A stretch of DNA of 64,000 bases from Nemertoderma westbladi (Eukaryota > Animalia > Xenacoelomorpha). The stretch covers positions 1 through 64,000 of the forward strand of contig JAUCBJ010003535.1 of NCBI GenBank assembly GCA_032718475.1, given 5' to 3'. Shown piece after piece: positions 1 to 13,664 of this stretch. The position numbers and the translations under genes were made by a program. Under the pieces are notes generated by a model. It searched no databases. It saw only the letters and a program-made list of their open reading frames with translations, and was not told the DNA's origin. The first letter of the stretch is position 1; each line of letters opens with the position of its first letter.

Positions 1-702
1 TACTGTATAAACAAAAAAAATTATTGCGTAATAATCACTAATGCTCGTATACATGTAGCTGGAACCTGACGGAATCTCATGTATCATACTGCTTGGTTTG
101 TTGATTTGGCGACAGCAGTCGTGGAGTTGGCAATCAATATAATATAATATATGCATGATGCGTGTAGTTGGTGGCCACGTTGTCAGCATATACAGTATAC
201 AGTGGTTGGTTGCGTGGTAGTGGTGGTAACGTGGTGAAAAGGCGAATAACCGTAGGGTTAGGCAAACATCGCCGTTGATTGGTTGGTTGGTGGGTGGGTA
301 ACAGCTGTGGATTGAGTAGCGATGGGATGGGGGCTAGCCATGCATCGTGAGGTTAGGCTATGTGAAGATGAATATGCAATGGTTGGTGAAAAATAGCGAT
401 TTGAAAAATAGTAGACGTTACCTGATGCTAAGTGTAGACACTCGAACACCTGTAAAATAAAGGTTGGTGATTGGATGCAGTACTAGCGTCGGGGGACTAA
501 TAACGCCTCTAGCGGAATAAGCGGGAACTTGAGAATTTACCATGGTTACGGATGAAATGCTGTCATCTGATTGGTTGAAATAATAACGACCACTGCTAAA
601 GGATGAAATGGTGGCTTCTGATTGGTTGCAGTACCAGAAATGGATGGTAATGATGGGCTACGGGTGACCTTGGCCGGGGGTCATAGTATATTATACTACT
701 AG
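1..702 (+). mobile_element. Foreign sequence interrupting LTR element A; possible Helitron-like 3' end
   Basis: Homology to element B stops abruptly at about 703. A hairpin TGACC-N9-GGTCA (665-683) is followed by CTAG (699-702) and then T, resembling a Helitron 3' terminus. The other end is outside the window. Confidence 0.3.
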
Positions 703-1699
703 TATATCGCTCCCTGATACCAAGATCATCTTCTATCAACTCCGTCATATCTGCTATCTGAGTTTATTAATATTGTAATGAGTTTATGTTTAGGCGAGCG
801 GGCGTCGCTGCCTACCTCTCTTCGCCCCGGACAGTGGGATTCTCAGCGCCGATGTACCGTCGTCGCGGTGTTTACGCCAACATGTAGCAACATCACGACA
901 ACGATAACCGGCACAAGTCACTCCACTGTCCGTCCCAAAGGCTTGAATCCACTTTAGGTTCTTTCTATAGGAGAGTTGGGCTACTTTCACAATTGCGACT
1001 AGCTACTGTAAACACACCTTAGCAGTAACATTCACCTACAAACGCACAAATTCCACACAACTGTCACCAATTGTACACATACAGGCCATTTGTCCGTTAG
1101 TCAGTGCCTTCCAGAATGTCACGTTATTACTGTGTATCCTTGGATACTAACAGTGTGCTATGTATTCTCTATGCTATGCAATGGGACAAGCTTTCTATTG
1201 TTCTCTTAACTTGCTTCTAATTCTAGCGTGGGTGTTGCTATGGTGACATTATGGAATGCTAGCGGTAGAATTAGGGTAATTCTCATGCATACAGATCTGG
1301 GATGCTATTTAATAATAATTCTTTAATTGTCAATATCCTCTTTATGCATGATTTTAATTTTATCGGCTATTGACTATATGTTGGAGATTCTCGCACTCTA
1401 ATACACTCAATAGGATGAATCTCCGCTCCCATGATCTATTAATTAATGGAATTTTGGGAATGTTATAAATTGCACAAAACGACAATTTATGAAATTCATT
1501 TAAAGTATGAATTTAAATTTATTCCCGTGAATTTTATTATTTGATGTTAAAATTGACACAATTTGATTCCAGAGCAGGTCTGGGGACATAGGATCCTTAA
1601 TTCTATGAAAATTGTCTTTTAAGAGTATCGGTAAGTGCTGCGATATCTTAATTGACTAGAAATTTAAAGGATCTGAATTTTACTGATTTTAATAAATAT

Positions 1700-2031
1700 T
1701 AAATTAATATTTAAGATGGGCACCGATTTATTCCAGAACTTGTCTGGGGACGTTAACCACTGATTCTAGAATTTGTCTTTCAAGTATATCGGTGGGTGCC
1801 GCGATATCTTAATCGACTAGAATTACAGATGGTCAAAAGGTTTAACAGATTTATTTGCGTTTTACGCTACTGTTATAGGGACATCACGCTACTATATGTA
1901 TTATTTAATATAAGGTAGAAGAGCAATATCGCACGAAGCAATGTCAGTGTGAAGAGGCAAGTCGTTTTCAAGGTCTACCCAGAGCTTGGTTTAGCCGAGA
2001 CACGAGGATCTGAACTTTGCATTCCTAATAC
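1700..2031 (-). other. Highly conserved non-coding block in the 3' region of element A (putative structured cis-RNA)
   Basis: Nearly identical to 28960-29292 in element B while the flanks diverge; contains nested inverted repeats (CACCGAT/ATCGGTG, ATTCTAGAA/TTCTGGAAT). It partly duplicates 1555-1665. Confidence 0.55.
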
Positions 2032-2370
2032 TCTGCCTACCAATAATACTTAAATATAGTAGGGGCTTTATTGTACTTTAATAAGTACGGACATTTCATC
2101 TTACTGTAGTCACGTATTTATAATATGATACGGACAGTAAGGAAAGAGAAAAAATTATTTCTCGCCGTCACTAAATATATATTATATGTAATTACGTACG
2201 TAATAAACACTAATATATTGCACTAATCTACTAAATAATCACTAAAAATAACATTCTACTAAATAAAATTAAAGAAAACGATTATAGTAAAATTACATAA
2301 TAATACATACATAAATATAAAATAAAAACAAATATAAAATGATATAGTCACACGCCCACTCCACATGCTA

Positions 2371-5300
2371 TCACGTTATGGAGTCCCTAGATATTTGTCG
2401 GATTAGGGAAGTAGTCGTAGGAAGAGTATCTTGCCTTCCATAGTTTCCGGACAGTTTTCGGTCTCTTTCCAGTAAATATAAACGACTAGCTGGGCGATTG
2501 AGTTGTTGTGTTACTTTCTCCGCTCCCTTGGCCTGTCTAACCTCCGCCGTGGTAAGATGAGGAGGCCATTCTTCTTCTTCTTTACTTAAGAAGTCGGATC
2601 CACCTAACCAGCCTGGAGTATCTATTAGTTCTTGAGGAGTTGCTCCTCTGGAAGCGATGTCGGCTGGATTAATCGTCCCAAGGCAATGTCTCCATTGATC
2701 TACATTGGAGTTAATATCGTCATTATCTGAGGAGTATGGTGTTCCCTCAGTTGGATCGTCCACATCACTGCTCTCCACTTCCCATTCCTTTACTTGGTAT
2801 ACCTGTTGTTGAGGTAATCTCTCTTTGAGAGTTCTACGGGAAGGGCCAGTGAAGTACCAACCTACTCTAGTTCTTACCGCATAGGTTTGCAGTGGCTGCG
2901 GTTGAGCAGGCCGTTTCTCCAATGTCTCGAGCGCCTCATGCGCGTTTTGGCCGATGAGTATTTGCACGCCAGGATAATCTGTCTGGAATCGAGGTATCTT
3001 AAGATGTTGGATGCTCTCATCCTCGTCCCAATTATAAAGGTCTGCTTGGGTAGTAGCGAAGTTCTTTATAGCCACCAATTTTACCGACCTTATACCTTGT
3101 GCTCCTAATTTATCCTGGGGGGTGGACAACACACCTACATAGTAGTCTGCCGTTAGGGTAGATTTCCAAACCTGCATAATTCCTGACATATTCAATTTAG
3201 TCCGGAATTTGGGTTGTCCAGCAAAGATATCTTCGGCTAGTTCTTGATCGATGAATGTTCCTGTGCTGCCGGAGTCAAGGAGGGCGTTCACTATGTAACT
3301 TTTGTTAGGACCGTGAATTCTTACCTGCACTACAGGAAATTCTCTGATTCCTACGTTGGAAGTTGGAGCTTTCCAAGATGGTTGTCTGTCAAAGGTAGTT
3401 GGGGGGAACTCATTTTCGGTGTCCTTTTCATGCGTAAGTGCTCGATACACTGCGGTATTTATTAGGTAACAGGATTCGTTGGCGTCGGAGAATTCGTCCG
3501 TATAGAATCCTTCCATCTCAGATTCTTGATCAGTGTCATTTACATCACTGAATTGGACATGTAGTTCGGGCTCACTTACCTGACTCGGGTTGTCTCGTTC
3601 GAACTCACTGTGTAACAAGATGTGATGTTTCGCGCCACACTTTGCACACTTTACGTCGGAGTAACAGGTTCGCCGTTGGTGTCCTGATCTGAGGCAATTA
3701 TAGCATAACCGCTTATTCCACAGGACTGCACATCTGTCTACAAGGGATTTCTTTAGAAATTCAGCACACGCGCTCAAACGGTGGGGCCCGTCGCACAGCG
3801 CACATTTTGGTTTGATGTTACTCACTTTACCTTGGATAACGTTATGCACTCTCGTTCTTTCTTCGGGCTTTCTTCCGTGAATTCTCTTAGGAGACGGAGG
3901 AGGAGTTGTTGTTACCTGTTCTCTCCTGTCACTGGTTCGAGACTTGTATTTACTTACGTCTTTATAGGTCTTGTTGTCATAGTAAGATTTTGCTGTGTCT
4001 TTCCCGCTGTCCTCTTCTTGAGAAGCTTGGCTTTCGCCGTCGTCAGTATAACACACTGGTATTATCCTTCTCCTAGAAACGGGTTTCTCACTTACCTTAT
4101 TTTCCGATGTTTTCTCTCTGGACTGCCTTATGAGTTGTAATTTTACTTCACTATCTAAGAAGGACATGAGATCAGCCATGGTAGGGCTTCGTCGTTGCTG
4201 CTCATTCATGTACAACACTTTCTTGTCCCAGCGTGTACATACTCCACCCTTTGGTAAAGTAGAGACTACGGCTCCAATAACCATGGAACTCTGATATTCA
4301 TGAGACTTACCTAACCAGTCCAATTGTCTACAGATCTCCTGAATCTCATCGGAAAACTCTATAATCCCGCTACTAAGGAAGTTTCGGGGGGCTACTAATT
4401 TTGCATACAAATACTTAGCTATGTTATCCTTGTTACCATACCTGATGTTTAATGTATCCCAAACTTGTCTTAATCCTTCTGGATGTCCAATAAACTTTAA
4501 CGCCATTAACTTGGGAGGTCCTTCCAAGCACTTGATGAGGAATCTAAGTTTCTCTCCGTTAGATAGTACAGAGTTCTGTATGCTATCTTTGTAATATTCA
4601 TTAAAAGGTAACCATTTCATCTCATCTCCATTGAATTTGACGATTTCTCCCACTTTGACCGTTTGGCGGGCTTCTGTTCTAGCCATCTGACGCGTAAAGC
4701 TTTCTTGGGCCATCGTGTTATTTAATATCGAATTATCGGTATATAAATTTCCCGGATTATTATCAGGTCTATAGGGAATATCATTAACAACAGGTTTATA
4801 ATCACCCTTAATAGGGTTTGCTATAGGAGTTTCTACTTCACTAGCAGTATAGATGCGTGTAGGCTCCACACCTTGCGCATGTAATACTTCAGACCTAACA
4901 GGTTGACACAATGTTACAGGAGGTATTGGTATACCCTTTTGTATATTGACTAATTTGTCGCGTTCCAGCGCGATACTTTGCTGCACTTCTTGCAATTCTG
5001 CCCTACTTTTCCTTACTGTTCCCTTAAGTTGGTAGACAGTCTCCTGCATCTGTCCGAGCAGGAGATGCATCCCCCGCCGTCCCTCCTCTACCCACTCGAC
5101 CGCCGAAGCGGGAGTCGCCAACATTTTAGCGGGCTGACGCGGGACGACAGGAGACAAATCTTTGATTTCTCTCTCAGCTTCCAGGACAGGGATATTCTCA
5201 TGGACTGTTCTACCGGGTACAGGCAGTGTAGTACTGTGTAAAGGGAATTTAGAGTTAAGCTCTGGAAGTACAGGGGTCTCTAGCACAGGAGTGGCTTTTG

Positions 5301-6465
5301 GAACGACAGGCCTAATTATTTCAGGCTCATCAACTATAGTAGGGAGTTTTTTGACCTGAATAATTTGTTCTGTGGGTTCTGTACTACCTAAGTCTGTGCT
5401 AGCTAGTTGTCTTCTAACCGCTGGGGGCAAATCAGGCAATTTGTGACGGTGAGATGTTTTTCTACGCCTGCTTAGACGAGATCTATTTCCTCCGCCTTCA
5501 GGATCGGTGGTCTCGCCTTCCTCCGATGATGTGTATCCTTGGCGCTTGGGAGTAGATCGACTCCTCATCTGCATTTGACTAGCAGTTAACTGTTTATTTA
5601 TGCAGTCTTGCGTCTCTTGAAGATTTTCCAACTCCAGTTGTGTGGTCTCCTCAGAAGCTCTCCGTTCTGCTTCTGCCACTGCCATTGCTGCTGCTGCTTT
5701 GGCTGCTTCCACTGCCTCTGCCGCTTTCACTGCCGCTGCCGCTTTTGCCGCTGCTATTGCCTTTCTGTCCTCTATCGCTTTTTTCTTTACTTGTTCTTCT
5801 TGGACTCTAACGAGGCGGAGTTTTTCATCAAATTTAGCTTGGTTTGCAGCTAACATTTCCGCATCGATTGCGTCCAACACAAGCTTGGTTCCTTCACTAT
5901 TAGGGCGAAGTCCAGACAGTCGTCTCCTCAACTCTTTGTCTCCTATGAATCGCTGATAGTCTGACAGATAGATGTCAATGGCGTCTCTAGTTCGCGGCTT
6001 CTCTGCTGCTGTTAATTCGCTTTCCACTTCGCTTTCCTCCTCGCTTTCCACTTGAGAAGAAGTGGCGTCGGTTGATTCTTCATAGGTTGGCCGCTCATCA
6101 TAAACCGTATCCGCCATCTTCGCTCCGCGTTCGGGCGTCCGCTCAACAGTATCCGAACTACTGGAGCTATCGGGCCGCTGATAACTAGGTTCTTGGCTAG
6201 GAGGTTGCTGCTGTTTTATAGCTTCTTCTTGATCCCGCTTGACTTGGGCCCGAGTACCTATGGCAGACCAACGGCGCTTCACTAACTTCGCAAATTGCGA
6301 AATCTTTTCTACCAACCTAGGTTCTGACACAACCACTGCAGGGGTTGCCCTTCTTACAGTATGAGGGGTTTCAGACCTCGGTCTGGGATTCTCTACACTT
6401 TGATCTGAGAAACAGGCTGTTGTTTCTAGGAGACTATCTGACAGAGTTTGCCTTGTGTCAGCCAT
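2371..6465 (-). CDS. gag-pro: BEL/Pao Gag-aspartic protease polyprotein (1364 aa), lacking RT and integrase
   Basis: Coiled-coil N-terminus; DUF1759-like KFNGDEMKWLPF; BEL/Pao triple zinc knuckle (CALCDGPHRLSAC, CYNCLRSGHQRRTC, CAKCGAKHHILLH); protease ALLDSGSTGTFI..ILIG..RTRVGW; then only the RNase H tail WRH..NPADIASRG. No YxDD or integrase motifs. Confidence 0.93.
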   Translation of the reverse strand: MADTRQTLSDSLLETTACFSDQSVENPRPRSETPHTVRRATPAVVVSEPRLVEKISQFAKLVKRRWSAIGTRAQVKRDQEEAIKQQQPPSQEPSYQRPDSSSSSDTVERTPERGAKMADTVYDERPTYEESTDATSSQVESEEESEVESELTAAEKPRTRDAIDIYLSDYQRFIGDKELRRRLSGLRPNSEGTKLVLDAIDAEMLAANQAKFDEKLRLVRVQEEQVKKKAIEDRKAIAAAKAAAAVKAAEAVEAAKAAAAMAVAEAERRASEETTQLELENLQETQDCINKQLTASQMQMRSRSTPKRQGYTSSEEGETTDPEGGGNRSRLSRRRKTSHRHKLPDLPPAVRRQLASTDLGSTEPTEQIIQVKKLPTIVDEPEIIRPVVPKATPVLETPVLPELNSKFPLHSTTLPVPGRTVHENIPVLEAEREIKDLSPVVPRQPAKMLATPASAVEWVEEGRRGMHLLLGQMQETVYQLKGTVRKSRAELQEVQQSIALERDKLVNIQKGIPIPPVTLCQPVRSEVLHAQGVEPTRIYTASEVETPIANPIKGDYKPVVNDIPYRPDNNPGNLYTDNSILNNTMAQESFTRQMARTEARQTVKVGEIVKFNGDEMKWLPFNEYYKDSIQNSVLSNGEKLRFLIKCLEGPPKLMALKFIGHPEGLRQVWDTLNIRYGNKDNIAKYLYAKLVAPRNFLSSGIIEFSDEIQEICRQLDWLGKSHEYQSSMVIGAVVSTLPKGGVCTRWDKKVLYMNEQQRRSPTMADLMSFLDSEVKLQLIRQSREKTSENKVSEKPVSRRRIIPVCYTDDGESQASQEEDSGKDTAKSYYDNKTYKDVSKYKSRTSDRREQVTTTPPPSPKRIHGRKPEERTRVHNVIQGKVSNIKPKCALCDGPHRLSACAEFLKKSLVDRCAVLWNKRLCYNCLRSGHQRRTCYSDVKCAKCGAKHHILLHSEFERDNPSQVSEPELHVQFSDVNDTDQESEMEGFYTDEFSDANESCYLINTAVYRALTHEKDTENEFPPTTFDRQPSWKAPTSNVGIREFPVVQVRIHGPNKSYIVNALLDSGSTGTFIDQELAEDIFAGQPKFRTKLNMSGIMQVWKSTLTADYYVGVLSTPQDKLGAQGIRSVKLVAIKNFATTQADLYNWDEDESIQHLKIPRFQTDYPGVQILIGQNAHEALETLEKRPAQPQPLQTYAVRTRVGWYFTGPSRRTLKERLPQQQVYQVKEWEVESSDVDDPTEGTPYSSDNDDINSNVDQWRHCLGTINPADIASRGATPQELIDTPGWLGGSDFLSKEEEEWPPHLTTAEVRQAKGAEKVTQQLNRPASRLYLLERDRKLSGNYGRQDTLPTTTSLIRQISRDSIT

Positions 6466-6626
6466 GTTTGATTGTACAGTTGAATGCCTACTGCTATATT
6501 ACAGTTAAAGCAAGTCTAGTAATTCAGTATCACTGTTAGCCTAATAATTAATTACCGATACTGCTACTCAGTGTAGCGTGATATATATATAATATATTAG
6601 AATACCGGTATGCTTATAGTATATAT

Positions 6627-8744
6627 CCCTGCAAACAATTTACTTTCAAGGAATGTCAGAAAAACATCATTAATTTGTTATAAATGTTGATAAATGTTAT
6701 TCCCTTGTTTGATAGAATATTTAGATGTTCAATATATGTTATTTTAACATTACTCTATAATGTCTTTGTCAGACATTAAATAAATGATAACTGTTGAAGT
6801 TAAAAAAACGTAATTTTAATGTGAGAACATAAACATTAGTCAAAAATATTTTATAAGTGTTTAGTTCTAACATTTTAAGAACATGGTTTGTTACATATCA
6901 GAACAATGTTATTTTGTCACATAAAATAAGCATTATGCGATAGACGCTGTCACTTCTATTATCTAATCTGAGATTGATGATTGGCTAATTTTAAAATTCG
7001 CGGTAATGGAGGAATTTTCCACATGTAAATGGTATACAGTATGGTATGTTGTACAATACTCATTCTGGCATGCCTGTATTCAATGTTTATTGTGTATATG
7101 TATTGTTATACTGCTGTACTGCAAGGCCTATCTCTATATTACTGTAGTGTAGTTACTGCAGGCCTACTGCTCTGTACAGTAGCTTATATTTTTGGTTTTA
7201 TAGTTTTGGTTTTGTGATTTATTTAACCTGAACTCATAAATAAAACATATCTACCTGAATGCGAGTTCGCCTTTACCCTCTGGATTCACACATTACTGCA
7301 TTGGACCTACCAATTACAGAATTCAAGTCTGCCAGGACCAGAAAGTCCCCTTAAACCAGCACTGACAGGTGGAGGATTGACTTATTTGTCTGTACTGATG
7401 GTGGATTTCAACAGCCGAGGACTAAAGATTGGAATTCTTATTATTGGGAGGTCCCAGTTTTCAGTTGAAGGGGCAGGGCACAGGGACAGCATTACTACAA
7501 AACTTTCGATTCGATTTGAAAACTTCACATTAACTGTTATTACAAACTATTTATTGTTTCAGTTTTTAGATTGTACTTTTGTAGGGCCTAGGCCTATTGA
7601 TTTATTTTTACAGTTTAATAAATGAAGCTCACTCAGCTATAATTATAATTAACATTTAATTTTTTAAATATGATTTGTTCAGATAGAGAGGATTTGCGAT
7701 GCAATCAAAATCATCCCTCTCCAGGGAGGTACTGATTACTCTCCCAGAAATAAATCTGTAACCTGTTTTTTTTTTGTTTACCCGTAGGATATAATAATGT
7801 GCCTCTGTAGCCAACTGTAACCTGCTCCTTTTAATAATTTAACATTGTTGTGAGGTATTATTTATTAAACCCACCACTATATGTACATTATTTTATATAG
7901 ACTACAAATCAGATCTATAAATCTAGTGAATAATATTAACTTAAAGTATTTTAATTGATGAAATTCATTACGTTGTTGTCACTTATTATTACGTCATAAA
8001 CATATTCATTTTAAGTCTGTGATTAACTTTAACCGAAATATCAAAACCATTCACGTAATGGGCCATACAGCCATATATTTGTTGTTTACTTATTGCGATA
8101 TTTTACTTTGATTTTGCTGTTTATTTCATTATTTGTTCCTGACTGGTCATTATACAAAAAATTCAATTCAAGTTATACGTTTTAATTGTTATTAATTTGC
8201 ATACAATTGCATATACAACAAAATTGTATTCAATCAAACTGTGTTAGAGATTGTAGCCGAGCCTGCCACTACCATATCAACATGCGTAGGGAAATCATTA
8301 ATTAATTATTCAATAAAGGGTTTGGCAATTATAAAGAACGGCAATGGAGGGGGATTATTATTTTGAGCAAGCGAACCAACCATAAAACATGAGAGAAGGG
8401 CTTAATGCACGTATAATGTTACGTTTTTAGCAAACAATATTTTTATGTTAAGAAATAACATAAAAGCAACGATCTAAATAAACATTATGCCGTTGTTATT
8501 TTAATGTCAATAAAAATACAATAATAATGATAAGGAATAACATAAAAGTAATGATATATGTAACCATCCTGGCTTTGTTATTTTAATGTTATTAAAAACG
8601 AAATAATAACGTTAGTATATAACGTCATATTTCTTGGCCAATTTACAGTTTTTTTACCATTAATCTAACAATTTGAAATAATGTTATCTATGTCATTAAA
8701 TAACATTTTAATAACAGCTTTTTAACAATACATTGTTTGCAGGG
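6627..8744. mobile_element. Non-autonomous DNA transposon (CCC termini, CMC/EnSpm-like) inserted in the element A leader
   Basis: TIR CCCTGCAAACAAT / ATTGTTTGCAGGG with many subterminal TAACATT/AATGTTA motifs. Absent at the homologous site of element B (about 33710-33720). AT/ATAT duplication; superfamily is tentative. Confidence 0.8.
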
Positions 8745-9909
8745 ATATAAGTATTATTACAGACTAGATTTGTCCAGAGTACCGGTATATAATTTTAGCA
8801 CAAATATATATAAATATATAATAGGCCTATCGTGAATATCGGTATACAGCTGACACTTATAGTATATATAAGTATAATTATTACAGACTAGAATTAATTA
8901 CAGAATACCGGTATGATTTCAGCTCAAATTTATAGAAATAAATATAATAAGCCTATTGTAAATACCGGTATGTCAATTATTTTAAAATAATTGAATTTCT
9001 GAATGTTAGGGGTTACTTGGTTACTTTACTTACTTTATTACCGTTATTTGAGCAGCATTCCAACTGATATTAAGACCTAAGTGTTGTATAACAGGCCTAC
9101 TATTTTATTAATAGATTTAGTGGATTTATATGTACCCTTATGAGGGGTTTTGTTACAATATTGAAATAGATGTTACTATTTCTGGGGGGAGTCACTACAC
9201 AGAAGCTGTGCGCTCTCAGTGGAGTGCTACTTATTGGACACTAAAACAGATAATTCTAATTTACCTAAGTTACTTAATACTACAAATTACTTACGATACG
9301 GGTGAGATTAAATCTCTAATTAAACACAACAAAATATTACGTACGAAATTTTTAGGGTAATTTTACAGGAAGTCTACAAACCAGCCTAACAAAGGGTTAG
9401 AATTCTGGTTATTACAACGGACAGGGTACTACGGTATTTGAAAATAATAAGTAGTAGTAAATATATTGCACTGTCCAGATAGGAAAAATACCACCGCCTG
9501 ATGACCTATAGCCGTATCGCTATAGGTACTACGTTATGTATCACGGAGTGTTCCTACCTGGAAGTTAATTACCGCGGACTACCAGATCCAACGTGCCTAT
9601 TAACCACTTTACAACACAAATATACTGCCTACACACTAATTACCTTCGGAAAGCACTGTACACTAAACCCTAGATTAGGTACAAGTACTGGTACAACAAT
9701 CATCAGTAGTTAAATATACTTGAACAGTTAAAAAACCACGGCATCTGCTGGAGTGACCGAAGCACAAAGTCACCAGTCTTTTCCTACGCCAAGCAGCCCG
9801 TGTAGTACCGGGGTTAATTTAACTATAACGGTATGTGTAACAAACACAATTACTGTAGGAATAAACTTGGGGACATGAATGTTGCGAATAATCGCATAAA
9901 CTCTGAATA

Positions 9910-10480
9910 ATAAATATTACGCTACCCGTACAGAATACTCAAACAAAATACAAACCAAACGCTGGCAGACTACCACCAAGCCTAAATAAACTACAGTATG
10001 TGCAGATTCCGAAATCGTTAGTTAGTATGCGTTCTAACACGGTAGTACGACTTATTCTTTAAGAGGGGATTGACCTTACAGCTATGTCTGCCCCAACTTA
10101 CTAACTGGCACTTTATCAGACAAACTCTACAAATGCAGCAATCTCTTCAGACCTAATAATAGCTAGACAACAATCCAGCCTACAAAATATCTGAGTAATA
10201 ACTATTACGGTACCTGAACAGACCACACAAACAAACACAGGCCAAAACGTTGGCAGAATACTGTCAACCCTAAATAAACTACAGTATGTGCAGATTCCAA
10301 AATGGTTAGTTAGTATGCGTTCTAACACGGTAGTACGACTTATTCTTTAAGAGGGGATTGACCTTACAGCTATGGCTGCCCCAACTTACTAACTGGCACT
10401 CTATCGGACAAACTCTACACACGCCGTAATCTCTCCAAACCCAACAACAATCCGACAACAGTCCGGCCTACAGTTATCTG
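9910..10480 (-). repeat. Tandem duplication (288 bp period) of a structured leader domain, element A
   Basis: AGTATGCGTTCTAACACGGTAGTACGACTTATTC occurs at 10024 and 10312. Confidence 0.85.
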
Positions 10481-10834
10481 AACAATCTGAGCAGACTTAC
10501 ACGTCTTCAGCTCAATATTAACTTACTAGGAAATAAAACTGACAGAAATAGACCTAAGTAAAATCCCAATAAAAACCAGGCGTCCCCGATTTAATATCGA
10601 GACCTACCGGTATACAATAATCAAAATCGAATAATACTAATGTACTTATACTGGAAGTACCGGTTAGGACAGTTGGGCCTACAGACCTACAGAAGTACCG
10701 GTTCTGGCAGTTGGACCTACGGACCTACAGCAGTACCGGTTCTGGCAGTTGGGCCTACTGACCTACAGAAGTACCGGTTCAGGTTTACCGGTCGACCGGT
10801 ACTTTCAACTTTGTTGCTTACTGCAATAAAGTCA

Positions 10835-10845
10835 ATAACTGTTAT
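10835..10845 (-). promoter_or_regulatory. Non-tRNA primer-binding site of element A (ATAACAGTTAT), complementary to LTR 11572-11582
   Basis: Abuts the LTR end, does not start with TGG, and has an exact 11-nt complement inside the LTR. Confidence 0.7.
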
Positions 10846-12081
10846 TGTACGCGCTTTTGAAGACCTTTAGCAGTTTAACCTGCCAAAATTTATATGTCTT
10901 TTGGTTTATAAATAGACTTTAGAAGATGACAAATATTTAATACCAATAAACACAACATTAGCAGAAGCCAGCCTAGTGCGCGTCCTTTCACCCGCTGGAT
11001 ATACCCGGGAGACTGGATTCTGAGGGCTTAGATTATTATTGCAGTGTAAGCTTACTGTATTGTATTATTCGATTGATCGTTAATAAATAATTTCTGACTA
11101 ATATTATTCACTTTCGGGAAATATTAACAGTTCCTTTAGGATGTGGCGCTCTATCTAGGTAAACAGAGATATGACTTATACTAATCACAACGGTAAGTCG
11201 GTAAGGCTTATGATTCACGTATGAGGCGCATTCTTTAGGAAATGCTTAGTTATCAGTCACAATCATGCACACTACCGGTAACACACAATACTGCTCACTA
11301 ATTTGCCGACCGTCAATGAATTTTATCATATATAAAGCGAACAGCAACTGACTCATGTAGGGCTTATCAAATAGCATTAAATTCACTACAAACCACAATA
11401 ATATAAGTCGCAATCGCTATATATAACCCGTCTCTCTAACCTGTAGTGTATCAAGAAAATTGGGAAATTTGGGTTCTTTTTATATGTTCTCCAAATAATA
11501 TTCAACCAAAACACAACAGTAAACAGCATTAAGACGGTATGTTAAGATATGATATGACAAGATGTGACAAGATAACAGTTATACGCTCTATAGTCTTAAG
11601 CCTACTAATGTTTCTTCTAAAGTCTGAAACGAATTGACTCTAGAGCCGGTGTTCCTGGCCTAGATAGCAACAACACAACAGTATCACAAAAAACAGTAAG
11701 ACTGAACACTCCTAGTATCATCGGCCGAATATCTACACGTCGACAGAAAAAATCGCTCTGATTGGCTCAAACCAAACAAAGAACCGTGCGTCCAATGGCT
11801 GTTTCCATGCCAGCAACCAGCTGCTAGATGTCGCAATCTGAATCATCAAGGCCAAGCCGTGTAAAGGTATTTGGTGCATTGCGGGTTTTTTGCCTTACCA
11901 TGTCCGCCAAAGCAGGTATATAGACGAATGACTTTTATGTCCGTTAAAACACCTGTAACAGTACCTTGCGGGCGAGGGGAATATATATACAGTTAGAGAA
12001 CCTTTTAGAGTATTCCAGCGCCTGGGGGGAAACTGGATTGCGAAGCAAAGGGGCCAGTTATATCCCACAGAAGCTTTTACA
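10846..12081 (-). repeat. 5' LTR of element A (1236 bp)
   Basis: Begins TGTACGCGC and ends GCTTTTACA like the element B LTRs; shares conserved internal blocks, a CCAAT box (11761-11765) and Inr-like TTCAGTC (about 11703). Confidence 0.85.
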
Positions 12082-13664
12082 TTAGCTGTAACATCAGAAA
12101 TCTCCTTATTTTGTCTCATGGCATTAAGTGCAATTACAATTGATTTCGCAGACTTTTGTTCCTTCAATGGAGCTTTATGGAAGAAGCTGGTATGAACATG
12201 GATACCATGCTTGAGTGGACTATATATTTGCAGAGAGTTTACATTCAGGATGTCCTAAGTTAGAACTGGGTTAGCAATGCCTATACTACCATCGGAACAG
12301 GAAAACTCAAAAATGTATCGAAGGTTATCATTACATGGGCCGCCCCCAAACATAACAGGATTACCAGCTCATCTTCTAAGCACTTTAAAATAATTTTTGC
12401 GCCAACCTGAAACTGTGTTATAAAGGATTTCTACTCTGATGCAAATGTTCATACCTTAAATGAATCCCGACAAAAAAGAAGGCTCGTGAACTAGGAGGAA
12501 AGTGAGGAGATTAGGCTCTAGGACAGATGGTGGCACCCAAGAAGATAGATGATGGACCATGTTCTGGAATACTTGGTATTTGACAGATACCTAGATTATG
12601 TGTACCTTGATGTGCAACTATTATTTATAACATAATAATATAGTTGTTAAGTTGTTAAATATTCGGTTATAAAATGAATAAAGTGATTGTAAATATAATT
12701 TGCTGTCTCAATTCTAAACTCTCAGTCTGTGAATTAATTTGCTCTTTTAAAGTTGATCTCATCTGTATCCAAAACCTCCAAGCCTTCATTTTACATAACT
12801 TGGGAGATATTCCACCACATTATTAGAGGTCACAGCGTCACTAACTCTTGGCCTAATTATTTGTTGTGTTACTTGCTGTGTAGAGCATAGGAATTATCTG
12901 GTGTGAAATTGAGGGAGTTTGTATTTTAATAATTTAATCTAATCTTTTCATCATTTAATTGTTTAATTAATTGGTTTAATTATATTTATTTATTATTCCG
13001 AAATAAACGCTTCAGTGTAGGAAAAAATCGTTGAATTGTACCAAATAGTTCGTTAGTTACAACATTATCAGTTGTTGTATTAGGTTGATATTAGTGTTGA
13101 GTCCCGAAGAAATAGTTATATTTAGCGGATATGGTTAGGGCGTATTTTTTAATGTCATTAATCTCTACGCACGGATTTACAGTTGTAATTAACCCACTTT
13201 AATGTTAAATGATTTTAACTCGAATCGAGGAAGTGTATTAATTTCCATCAGGAAATAATCGAATTGATTACGGCAACTCCCCACTTGAGGTTCACTTGAA
13301 GGGCCTCCTGTCTGCATTACGGTAATGTAACGGTATCTGGAATTAGTATACTGCCATCACATATTCCAAGTCCGATTGTATGATTGGTCACGAAAGTGTT
13401 TCGAACCCACAGTTTACAAGTGATATTTAATTAAATATCGCGATGTCTATTATTTAAATTGCATAGTATTACTGCAATTAATTGAATCTAACATAGTTTC
13501 ATAAAATTAAGATTCATTAATTATTTTCGTTGTTTAATTAATCGGAAATGTTTAGTTTTTTTTTGCGTCGGTGATTTAAGATGAATTATTATTGTATTAT
13601 GTCCAACTGAAATCTTGGAATATATATAACTTATCTGTAGGACAGCACAATAGTATAGGCCTAC

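Larger units (their letters stand above)
703..12081 (-). mobile_element. BEL/Pao LTR retrotransposon, non-autonomous element A (Gag-PR only; 3' part and 3' LTR not in window)
   Basis: Colinear homology with element B across LTR, leader, ORF and 3' region; 5' LTR at 10846-12081 with TG..CA ends. Confidence 0.9.

Noticed and set aside
2887-5956. Plus-strand ORFs overlapping gag (also 30931-33670)
   Set aside because: These are antisense shadows of the real coding strand.
9819-9833. TAACTATAACGGT resembling the LSU rRNA / I-CeuI site (also near 34785)
   Set aside because: Only 13 bp match and there is no surrounding rRNA similarity.
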